Positions 11,536 to 22,235 of a stretch of 27,361 nucleotides of DNA are shown here, one piece after another. The stretch is from Oopsacas minuta. Its lineage: Eukaryota > Animalia > Porifera. The DNA lies in contig JAKMXF010000091.1 of assembly GCA_024704765.1 (NCBI GenBank), positions 1-27,361 of the forward strand, read 5' to 3'. Under the pieces are notes generated by a model. It was not told where the DNA came from and made no database searches. It saw only the letters and a list, made by a program, of their open reading frames with translations. Position 1 is the first letter of the stretch; every line of letters begins with the position of its first letter. Both the position numbers and the translations under genes were made by a program.

Positions 11536-12023
11536 TATCTTGATAGATTTCCGGATAATCTAGGTGATATGAGTGAAGAACAAGGTGAACGATTCCATCA
11601 AGACATAAAAGTGATGGAACAGCGATATCAAGGAAGATGGGACACAGATATGATGGTAGATTACTGTTGGTGCCTAAAAAGAGATTGTCCTAACGAACAA
11701 CATTCAAGAAAGTCAAACAATAGAAAATTTTAGATTGAATAGTGCTCATATTACATGTTTATAGCATCACTTTCTTCCATTCATATTAGTAACAATTATA
11801 TCATTATTCTTAGTGAATGAAATATATTGATATATTCAGAAATTTAATTGATCCAATCTGACATATAAGGGTTGAAACCAATTTTGTTATATAAATGTAG
11901 TAATAGGATTGTGAGATAACTTGACGTATTAGGGAGAAACTGACTAAATAATCCGAATCAGCAACACAGAATTAGTATATATCAGTTGACAAAATCAATA
12001 CAACTAAAAAGTGTAGGCCTGTG
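11536..12023 (+). mobile_element. Chapaev3 (CMC group) transposon, 3' part
   Basis: 11536-11733 translates YLDRFPDNLGDMSEEQGERFHQDIKVMEQRYQGRWDTDMMVDYCWCLKRD...RKF*, the conserved Chapaev3 transposase C-terminus. The element ends in ...GTAGGCCTGTG|TAA, the inverse of the CACAGGCCTACA TIR at 26830. Confidence 0.9.
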
Positions 12024-12653
12024 TAATCAATCGGACACCAAGTGTCACTATTTTCACTTGTCAAACTATTGTCTGGCCTCTAGCAAAAAATATGAAAGGA
12101 AAGGTGCCTAATTTTTCACACCTTTCGATAGAAAAAAAGATTCTATACCTTCGTACTCTTCAAGAATTTTTATTTTGGATATACTATTTTGCTGAAAGTA
12201 AATGAAATATAGCCATTATAAAGCACTACGTCATCTGTAATAATAATATTGTTCTTAGATGTTGAATATTTATTAGTTAAACAATAGGTACTTCTAGTGC
12301 TGTATCTAATATGGATTCATTGAATATCTAAATTTAACGGTTGATGTGAGTATATATTATATTTATGAATAAAATATTTTCAAATTAACCATGGATAATT
12401 TAACAGACATGTGTTTGCCCGATGAAATAACCTCTGAATAAGAATAGAAGATCGTTCCAAACAGCGAAAGGGAGTAATTCAACACGCTGATTCCTAATTT
12501 CACTCCGATCAAATCTTCTCTAGTTTCCCTTCTATTAATATTATTTAGTCAACTGATAATTAGTCCAAATATATTGAACATTATATGGACTGGATAATCA
12601 TAGTAAATTGTAAAATATATTGTTAATGGATTTGAAATCCAAGCGGAGCGAGG

Positions 12654-12853
12654 AAAAAATATAAAATTACAACCTGTTCCGACAGTTTAGTCTATTAATT
12701 AAATGTTTAAAAAGTAACACTATTAATTGGAGGCACTATGTGTAATGAATTTAAAACACACCTCTCATGGTGCCTCCCATTAATAGTGCCACTTTTTAAA
12801 CATTAAATTAATTTACTAAGCTGTAGGCACAGGTTGTAATTTTATTATCTTTT
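12654..12853. repeat. 200-bp foldback (two ~87-bp inverted arms, ~25-nt spacer)
   Basis: The left arm 12654-12740 pairs with the right arm 12766-12853 at roughly 85 percent identity by eye (e.g. AAAATTACAACCTGT / ACAGGTTGTAATTTT and AATGTTTAAAAAGT / ACTTTTTAAACATT). Confidence 0.9.
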
Positions 12854-13659
12854 ACCTGCTGTACTAGACCCAAGCGAATCCCATTTTTCACTCTTTCTGG
12901 TACAGACTTTCCAATCATTCTTGTAAGGCAATGTCTTTCGAAATATTTCAATTTTTTCTTCTAGTTACACTCATAAGTTACAATTGCGCCTATGTGACAT
13001 AAAGATAGACGTTTACGGAGTTTGTACGATAATCGGTGATCACACAGCACAATCGCTAATTTTCCGAAATCACTATGAACCCTACCAAATTGTATGGTGT
13101 AAGTGTCTGATGCCTAAACTTAACTTCCTGGGACTAGGCTAGCATAGTCGCACTCTAGTTCCTACTATATGTCAGTTTATTCAACAGAAAGCCTCGAGTA
13201 AGTATTCAACGTTGTACTTCGTTTACTGAAGCAAGGTGGAAATCAATAATCAAGAACTGAATTTTTCGATTTTGTTAATTCGGAGCTTTGATTGGACATG
13301 ACCTTCGAAAAGGGTCACGATTATATGACTACCTCGAATACTGTCATTCATGTTTCCAAAATATTGGGTAAAGATACCTATGTAGTAATGCATGATTAGA
13401 CGAACTACATAAAGTTATCATCGGGAGCTATTCATGACACAGAGGAAGCATGTTGAATTGGTGAAGGTATATTCTTACCTTGTCCCGAATATGATGACTT
13501 ATGAGCAACAAAAGGCCCGCCTAATAAAATACTCCCGTAATATATAGTCAGTGCGATTAGTAGAGTATTTATCAGCTATCTAGCGATGAGTAAACTGTGA
13601 AATCGCTTAAAGAATATATGCAGGGAGACCCTTACGTCCAAATTTTTGCCAATATTTGG

Positions 13660-13757
13660 AAATGTTTAGGATCTGTCCATTGTCCAGGTTTTTGCCTAGC
13701 TAATTATCTTTAGGAATCATCAGGGTACTGTCCAGGAAATATCTATTTTTTGCAGTG
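13660..13757 (-). mobile_element. Possible CACTG-type (CMC/EnSpm-like) terminus fragment
   Basis: The reverse complement begins CACTGCAAAAAATAGATATTTCCTGGACA, with repeated TGTCCAGG subterminal motifs. No partner end was found. Confidence 0.4.
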
Positions 13758-14494
13758 TTCTGGTCATCCAAACAATATTTGAGTCTGACACAATAATCAA
13801 TATTATATATATACTTTTGAGATCACTATCGATTTTAATATTATACTAGCGCTCCACTTGCTCGTGCTACGTGGTTGCGAACACTTCGTGTCCACACTCG
13901 GGTCTCCCGTGTCAGTCACTGATAGTCTACTAAAGATAAGCCACGATCACTACTTTTGAACAAGGGTTAAGACGAAGCGGATATTTTGAAGGGCAATTCA
14001 ATAAACGCGGAAAATAAGAAACTGGTACATTTTCTCCCGAATGAATGTGATGTCATCCATGAGCTTGGAAGATATTCAAAATATTGGTACATCATTTTTA
14101 TAATGCAGAAATTGAATTATTTAGCAAGATTTAAATATGAAATGAGAGTACATAAACTCATAATCTTAATCGTAGCGAACATGATACTGCCACAATCTTT
14201 ACACTCGTATAAATCGGGGTATGATTCCTGGAATTATAGAAATAATTCCACCTGAAAATGGAGTAATGATTCTTGTGTAGATGAAATGATATAATTGCCT
14301 ATAGGTATATAACAAATTGAAAACGAATTCCGGAATTTTTCATAGAATGATTTTGGATTTAACAAATGAGTACCACCTATTAATTGAATAAAGTTTTCCG
14401 TAGCTGAAATGATAGAATTGCCTGGAATTGATTGATGAAACGGGAAGACACCCAGGGCAGATCATCGGGATACAGGGGAATTTTTTGGGCCTGG

Positions 14495-14715
14495 CTCGGA
14501 CAAGTTCGGGTCTTGGACGAAAATTCACGCTTATGATGAAATTATGACGTCATTGTCAACTTTTGAATTTTCAAAAAGTCACACTATTACCCACTGCTCA
14601 GCCAATATACATGATAGAAGTTTGAAAATCTAATCACGGGGACCCTTCAGTGTTACAAATGTCTTGACGTCATGATTCTCAACAAAAGCTAACTCATGAT
14701 GGCTGAATAATTCTG
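14495..14715. repeat. Diverged dispersed repeat, copy B (copy A at about 1660-1880)
   Basis: See copy A; same orientation. Confidence 0.6.
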
Positions 14716-16253
14716 GGTTTATTAAGTCATCATGACTCCAAAAACGCAGCCTGTAGTATTCCTTACAACATTGAATCTGTTCGTAATTCTGCTTGATTCG
14801 AGAAATAGGTCTTAAAACTTAGATACTGCTATAACAGCCGGCAATGCATACTTCCTTACTTAACAATCTATTTGCACCTTATTAAAGTTAATCTGTAGTA
14901 CTTAGCTGTCGCGCAGCGACCTAGCAAGTAAAGCGCGCTAGTAGAGAATTCATTCCATAAGAAATTCAGTAATGAATTCGGACTAATTACTGGAATTATG
15001 CAACGAATTCCTTTTAATTCCTGGAATTTTGAATGGGAATTAAGCCCTTCCCTTAATCTTTGAAATATTGGGCTGAAAATGGGAATTAAGTTCGAAAATT
15101 TTGCATCGGAATAGATATTGAAGGAAATTATTCTGAATTCTACCCTTCCTTGCTGAGTTAGACCCATATAATGGTCTATTCTTTACCAAATTCTGTTTTA
15201 TACTACTGTGGAGGTCGCTCTAGTAAATCAAGTTTGAAAATTTTAAAGGAGCGATAAGATAGAAATAGACTCAGCTAGTCTAGCGGCGTTGTAGCAGAGG
15301 ACAACTGATGGAGTTTGGACAAATTTGAGAATGGAATGTTGTCACCTTCCTACACATTGCTGTCTTGCTACACAAAGAAATCTCCAAAACTGATCTCAAC
15401 AAATTGCTGCAAATTTGATGATGAGTATGAATCTGGTCGTTAAAAGTTGATTTGATGAGATCTAAAATGGTTAGGCTCTGGGGAATCTATAGAGTCGTCA
15501 ACCCTCAGAATGGCAGCGAGACTCCAGGAATCTGTTTCAATATCGAGGAAGTCAGCAAATACAATCCGGGAGATTTGACCTGTCTTTAGAGTAGTATTAT
15601 CTTTATTATCCAAATGTTATAGATCCGCATACCTACTATGAATGATTAAGACCCGGATGTAGTCCATGATGCAGATACATTATTGGTAGTTTCTATATTC
15701 AATGCCGTAGCAAGCAGGTTTCAATTGGTCAGGTTGACCTATACAAAATATATGGGGCTACCAAAGTTAGTCTGGTTGAAACCTGCCTAACCGAAACGTC
15801 TCCTATAACAATGATATTCAAAAATGGTGACATTATTTAAGGTTATGAATATTTTGAGGTGAAGCGTGTGTTTAAGTAACAATTATAAATTACTAGGCCA
15901 AAATGTAGAATTTCGAAAACATTTGCAACGATGAAAATTGCCCATAAATTAAAAAGTACTTTGCGCATGTGCAATTGAATTATTATTATACGCATGGGCA
16001 ATACCTACAGATACTCCCGCCTTTTCAGTGTATTTGTTTTGCAAAACGCAAAACTTCGGCTTTCTCTAATGCTAGATCAATTCACTCAAGTTACTGGAGA
16101 GAGGATTGGGATAGCATTTACTTGGCAGGCCCGTCTAACACTCTTGGGAAGTGATGGGTTTAAAATCTCATGACGAAAATAAAGTAGATATTTTGAATTC
16201 CCTCAGTCACACTAAGATATCCAAGCCAGAATATGATCAGAAGATTATTGATA

Positions 16254-16436
16254 CAGTGGAAGCCGGTTAATCGGGACACCTCGGGAGTCAATGTTTTGTC
16301 CCGATTAACCGATTATGATTTATTAAAGTTTCAAAACTAGTTTTCATGGTCCCAGACCATTATCAGAAACATTTTAATGCACTACTACTACTATATTCTG
16401 ATTTATTTAGGGTATATTAGGGATAAGTTGTTGTAT
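16254..16436 (-). mobile_element. 3' end of the pogo/Tigger element, cut by the N gap
   Basis: TA|CAGTGGAAGCCGGTTAATCGGGAC. 16254-16412 is the inverted homologue of the last ~155 bp of the MITE at 10529-11009, then it diverges into sequence absent from the MITE. Confidence 0.85.
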
Positions 16437-16437
16437 N
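16437..16437. other. Assembly junction (N)
   Basis: A single n. Confidence 0.95.
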
Positions 16438-16670
16438 AATCGTTAGGACTTGGGAAATAATATATTATGTCTTCTAGAATGTTTACTTCACAAACTTGCA
16501 AACAATCATTTTGTGAACAGAGTTCAAATGCTTGTTAATGAGAACAAGTATCACTATAACAATTGGCGCATAGATTGCTGTTTGTTTCAATTATGATTCT
16601 CCTTTTGTTTAATACAACGGTTCCTTGAAATACATAATGTTTAGTTTTGGTAGTGAGAATAGTAAATGTA

Positions 16671-16735
16671 CAGTAGACTCCGATTAATAGGGTCACTTGG
16701 GACCAGACCATTTGACCCGATTAACCGAATAAATG
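16671..16735 (+). mobile_element. pogo/Tc1-type MITE end fragment
   Basis: TA|CAGTAGACTCCGATTAATAGGGTCACTTGGGACC...GACCCGATTAACCGA has the same TIR grammar as the other pogo MITEs. No second end. Confidence 0.55.
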
Positions 16736-17171
16736 TCCGAATTTTATAGTCTACATCAGGCGGACTGAAGTAAGGCCTGAATGAAGGAAACAGGAACAAA
16801 CTAGTAACAGGTAAAAGCCTTTGGCTCAGTATTAAGTGAGAATGTAAGCCAAATCTTGTACGACAAGAAAACTAGAACCTAATACCAGTAAATCTTATCC
16901 TGTGATTTGTAGTGGTGAAAATCTCCTTAATCAGGGCGATAGTTACAACATTGGGACGGGAAGTCAATTCCCCCGGGAAAAATGCGAAAAAATCCCATTT
17001 CCCAATAATCAACAGGAATAATTAATTATACGAGAAATAGTCCATCCTGGGAGCAATGTGAGTTGAAATACTGAATCGACATATTTCTGGTATACTGAAG
17101 ACACCCTGAGTATATGTCACCTATCAATTATTAGCGACAAAATATCATGTGAATAACAATGCTTACTTCTG

Positions 17172-17301
17172 CCAGACAATGCATGCTTCAAAAATTCGGA
17201 CAAATGCATACTACAAAAATTCGGACAAATGCATACTACAAAATTCGGACAAATGCATACTTCAGTCGGACAGATGCATTCTATGAAATTCGGACAAATG
17301 C
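17172..17301. repeat. 24-25-bp minisatellite, about 5.5 copies
   Basis: Unit (A)AAAATTCGGACAAATGCATACTAC: three near-perfect copies plus degenerate flanking copies. Confidence 0.9.
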
Positions 17302-17429
17302 AGCTCTCCCATTATCAAAGGTACAATCTATTTCAAAATATTTCTTGAAGTTCAACCTATTCTCAACATAGTATGATTGTTGCATTTAATGCTCTAAAAA
17401 TGTTTTTCGTAAATCACTTTCCATAACTG

Positions 17430-17481
17430 TTCAGCGGCCCCCCTTGAAACCTCCTCCTGGCTCCCAGTTTGTGAACCACTG
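17430..17481 (-). mobile_element. hAT (Charlie-type) terminal fragment
   Basis: The reverse complement starts CAGTGGTTCACAAACTGGGAGCC, followed by a G/C-rich GGGGGCCGC tract typical of Charlie ends. The flank CTTTAGAA resembles the NTCTAGAN target preference. Confidence 0.6.
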
Positions 17482-18350
17482 CTTTAGAATATATATGTGA
17501 TATAAAGTAGAAAAATATGAGCCTAGAAAGGTGCGTCCAAGTGGTTTCTGACTTATGACGTCATTAATGAATATCGAAAAATCAGAAATATTGTAAATTG
17601 CTATATTAACTGCAATACTTATGTTCTTACATATGAAGAATTCAACAAACACAAGTAAATCGGTTAAGGGCCCTAAAAGTTAGAGAAAACTAGAACTTGA
17701 CCAACTCTGAAAGTTAACTGAACTATGACCTAGCAAAATATATATTTGGAAACTTTTTCATATTTTGATAAATAGCTGTTTATTGTCATAATTCGTTGTA
17801 TACAAAATTTCATTTGGTTTAAATCAGTTCCCTTTCAGATACTACATTTTTGCGCCGGTGGGGCTATTTTGTGATTCAAAATTTCTATCCCAGTCAGTTT
17901 GCTTGAACTAAAATTCTTATTAGGATTGGAACCATTTCCGATCGATACATTTTTCGATACCACCTTTTGATTTTTCAATAGCTGCTGTCTGATATTATTA
18001 TTGCTTCGGAAAGATCTCTGTGAATTTACATACAAATTTTATTCGAGATAGTGACGATATAAGTCCTGAAAAGGGAAAATTGTCTGCAAATTTGATTCAA
18101 AACTAAATTTTTAATTACACTAGGCTAATGTTTACTTTGCTCATTCCCTTAACAAACAATGCATCTTGAAAAAACTTGCAGGAATTAATGTAACGATTTT
18201 GATGTATTGGATTTCTTGTATGTCTCGTATATAATGACATTGGATATTAGTATATCCATTATCTACCGTAGATTGTAAACATTTGGTAATTATGTATATA
18301 TAGTTCCCTAATTCCCGGAATGTACGGACAAGTTAGCTTGAAGACCAATA

Positions 18351-19260
18351 CAAGGGTTGTTCAATAAGTAATGAGACTAATGTATCGAATTCATATTCTA
18401 GTTAATACGGCTCTAAGCCTAATAACAGATTACAAACTTAACTTGATTGTCTAACTTCTATACAATAAACTCTTTACCATACTTGCATATTCTTCAGTAT
18501 AAAGTTTCATTTGTATCCGCTACTATTTCAACTAATGGATTTTAGCAAAGAAGGAAAACGACAAATAATTTGGTACCTGTGGAAAAAGGGGAAGACTGGC
18601 TCAAACATTCTTCGTGAAATGCAGGATATTTTCGGTGATGAATCTCCTTCGAAAGTCACCATGTATAGATGGATCTAACGTTTTGATAATGGCGATGAGA
18701 AACTCCACGATGACCCACGTCCAGGTCGTCCGACTTCCTCAAAAATCCGCAGCAATATCGAGGGTCCAAACAATGTTGGACAAAGACAGACGAATAACCC
18801 TGCGAGAGTTAGAAGAGAGGGTGGGTATGTCAAAAGCCACACTACACTCGATTATCAGTGAAGATCTGGAAATGTCGAAGGTAACTGCGCGTTGGGTCCC
18901 AAAACTTCTTCCAATGGAACAATAACGCGAAAGGGTCAGAGTTAGCAAAGAATTACTTTCAAGATACAAAGCAGGGGAAGACTTTTTGGATCGTATAGTA
19001 ACGGGGGATGAAACTTGGTTTCATTGTTATGAACCAGAGAGCAAAACTCAATCGAAGCAATGGAAGAGACGTGATGAACCTGTACCCATCAAGGTAAAGG
19101 CCGCACAATCAGCAAGGAAGAGAATGGCTACAGTATTTTGGGATAGGGAAGGAATTATACACTTCGACTGGTTGCCTGAGAAGACCACCATAAACAGTGA
19201 TTATTACGTCGACGAATTGAAAGAATTGCGTCAAACGATTAAACATGAGAGGTGAGAAAG
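18351..19260 (+). mobile_element. mariner transposon, 5' two-thirds, pseudogenised
   Basis: TA|CAAGGGTTGTTCAATAAGT TIR. From ATG 18535: MDFSKEGKRQIIWYLW...DDPRPGRP, TARWVPKLL, RIVTGDETWFHCYEPESKTQSKQW, MATVFWDREG. It has two in-frame stops and a frameshift, and is truncated before HDN. Confidence 0.93.
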
Positions 19261-19289
19261 TTTCTGAGTAATTTGTAACAGCCAGCTAA

Positions 19290-19990
19290 CTATTTAGAAA
19301 AGCAACGAAAAGTATTCTTGATGCATTATCAGAGATTAATCTAACTTATGACGTACCCAAAAATGAACATGGGAGAGAGTTTACAAGCAGGGCAAGTAAA
19401 ATTCTGAACACCCACTATTTCTGATAAATAAAATGACAAAGAATTTTGAACCAGTTGTTTCACTTTAGGAGTTCAAAACTATCACGATGCACTTAATATA
19501 GATGATCGGTAGATAACTGCTTACAACCCCTGAAGCAACAGATTGGTAGAAGCACATAACAATTTATTAAAACGGTAATGGATGCAAGTTAATTTGTAGT
19601 GTATTTTGAACAATTTAACACTAGGAAAATCTCTTTTGTATCTGAAGTTGACACTGAATGGCCTGGCAAACTACAGCCAGCGTGAATATCCATTGGAAAC
19701 GGGCGAACAACTATAGCCCATTTAAGCTAAAGTGTTTGACCATCTTCCACTTATCCACCTATTGAATTTTATGGAACAGAAGGTAGAAGAGGATAGTAGT
19801 GCTAATGATACAGGAGAAAGATACCTCTCAGCAATATATATTTGACAGTATATTTCTACTCACTGGAAACTAGACTTAGATTACATTTGACAACAACAGA
19901 GGGATGATGCACAAGCTAACAATAAAACAGAACATATCAAACAAAAGAAATTATATCACAAGAAAGTACAAACTAACAGGTTCACAAGAA
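19290..19990 (+). pseudogene. Highly decayed Gypsy/Ginger-type integrase
   Basis: Fragments in the expected order across frames: EHGREF (cf. DQGREF), ITAYNP*SNRLVEAHN (cf. TxYHPQSNGLVERxN), NYSPFKL, and AQANNKTEHIKQKKLYHKK (cf. A..NI..AQ..QK..YDK). Confidence 0.6.
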
Positions 19991-20149
19991 AACGATCATC
20001 AACATATTAGCATCGGTACTTATTTAGGGATATACTTGCGGATATATATATATTATAGGATAAAGTGATTAAACCTCAGTGATCGACCATAGTGATCGAC
20101 AACAAAACTTATTTATCAGAGCTAACCAGAAATTGGCTACAACTGATGG

Positions 20150-20720
20150 TAAAGTATGATGCACACACAATCTGCCCTTGTCTTTGTCCCAGTCTATTTG
20201 AAATAATGAGAAATTCTAAAATTGCAAATATTTTTCTATACTTGCAGTGTTCTTGAACAATGCCTTGTATGTAGCGAGAAGAGAGAGCCTGCACTTTGAC
20301 AGGGTGGGTCGAAACACCTTACTCCCTTTGAGGTCACCACCTTCAAATCCTATCGAGTATGTGCTAGATGTTCTTTAAGCTTGCTAGGTATTAAATACAT
20401 CATTGATTAGCAAATTTTCCAAGTGTGTACTGCTGCAAATTATACAACTATTCGTCTAGTTTAGATTAGCGAATTTCTTGAAGAGATCATTCTCATGGGG
20501 AAGTTTCAATCGAACACCAGTAAATATCTTTACAGAATTCATGCGCCAGCATTCCCAGAATATGGTCCGACGTACGCACCAGCAGAACCGGAATGGCTGA
20601 GATCCAATTGTAATCATCTTGTGGTAGAGTTCATTACCACCTTGATCCAAACACTAACATATGTTGGGTATCAACTGTAAAGTGTTGCTCGTTTAGCTGA
20701 GTTCTCTATCACAAAAGACG
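20150..20720 (-). pseudogene. Highly decayed Ty3/Gypsy reverse transcriptase relic
   Basis: Ordered fragments: WISAIPVLLVRTSD (cf. WASPVVLVRKKD), RMNSV...LPHENDLFKKFA (cf. RKLNSV...LPRIDDLF), SKLD..Y.LQQ, LKNI*HILDR, and GVSTHPVKVQAL (cf. GVSTDPEKVQAI). The YxDD region appears deleted. Confidence 0.55.
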
Positions 20721-21166
20721 GAAAATGTCCTTTCCAAGCTATTCAGCTCTATTGACAAGCAGTCAATGTAAGATTCTCGCTGAAGTATGTAAATGCATAG
20801 TCCAAGTAGTAAGCTTTATTTCACGTTACTTTGAATCAAAGTTCAACCCTTTCACACCTACAGAACATTTATTTCATTCTCAGATGGACCTTAGTAAAGC
20901 ATGTGTACTGACATGGAAATTGTAGCTCTCTCATTTCCAACTTCCACAACAATAATGAAAATAGGTTGGTGGGTCAAGATGGTATCGATACCACGCTACA
21001 CATGATGGTTTCTCAACTCTGACAATATATTTATCAAACTACGATAGCCACTATGAGCCAGCTATTGACTTGATACATAGCGAAATCCCACTTATTTCAA
21101 CACATACAGTTTCAGTGAGACAAATATAATTATCGATTAATCTGATTCAAAATCAATGTAAATTTA

Positions 21167-21298
21167 GGTTAATGCGTACACGAGAGGACCGGCGAAATTA
21201 GTACGTATATTTGGAGTTCGTATAAACCGGAGTAAGAAATTTTCAATCCTAATCTGATTTGACATATTAACCGTGTTTGTATTAACGAGAGTCGAATG
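21167..21298 (-). mobile_element. pogo-type MITE fragment
   Basis: The reverse complement reads TA|CATTCGACTCTCGTTAATACAAACACGGTTAATATG...GGTCCTCTCGTGTACGCATTAAC, a CAGTCGACTCTCG-type TIR with a truncated other end. Confidence 0.6.
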
Positions 21299-22235
21299 TA
21301 TATACAGGTATATATATATATAAAAATTTAATTGTGACATTCGAAGGTCATGATTATATATATTATATTCATCTGCCTCATAATATGAATCATGATATGT
21401 AATTGGAACTATTCCCGCATAAATAATCAAACACTGGGTAGCAATGCTGCCAAGGATTATGAATATCCATGGTACCAATAATACACGCAGCAATTTTGAC
21501 ACCAACAGTACAATGGTGGCAATTGGAAAAGTTGTACATAGTGATACACGATGATAATTTCAATCGATGACATATCTAATTAAGTTAAATCTTTTCAATG
21601 GTAAATTCTGATGCATAGATTAAGATTCTATCAAATTTGCCCATATCTCTACAATGTGACTACATTACAGTTAAACATTATATCTATTATAAAACTATTT
21701 TCTATTTAAGTTTTTGGGAGACATACATCTTTGGTAGGAACATATATATATTTATTAACTCGTTTAGCAATTTTATACTTTGCTATACTTTGCTATTACA
21801 TTCATTCAGGTCAAAGAGCACTGCTTCTCAAATATAGAACCAATATTATAATAATGCATTACTTGTTTTACTAATCCTTAGTCCTGAAAATGGCTTTAGG
21901 TATAAGAATGCTATGATGTAACAAAAAGGATAGAAATGTAAAAGATAGCTAAATGATAGCATCGCATCAATACTGGAGTCATGAGAATTTATTTATAGAA
22001 ATTTTTGAACCTGTAGAAAGTATAGAAATAAGGAATATATTGGATGAAACGTCACTATTCGGTTAAAGTTAACCGAATATATTTCCCATAGCAGTTAAGG
22101 AGTCAACAAGATATAAACTTAATATTTTGTACTTTCATGGACTACAACAAATATAGAGATCTATCAGTATATACTGAATATAAATATAAACACAATCATA
22201 TACATTTATTGCAAAAAAAGAAGCTATTTATGAGT

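Noticed and set aside
14590-14600. Second Transib-like terminus (CAGTGGG on the minus strand)
   Set aside because: It lacks the CAC start, and homology with the 1660-1880 copy continues past it, so it is not an end.
14868-15167. 99-aa ORF
   Set aside because: It is a by-product of a GAATT-rich repetitive tract, with no domain similarity.
15340-15460. hAT transposase C-terminal dimerisation motif (LLHKEISKTDLNK)
   Set aside because: The resemblance is too short, and no upstream hAT motifs were found.
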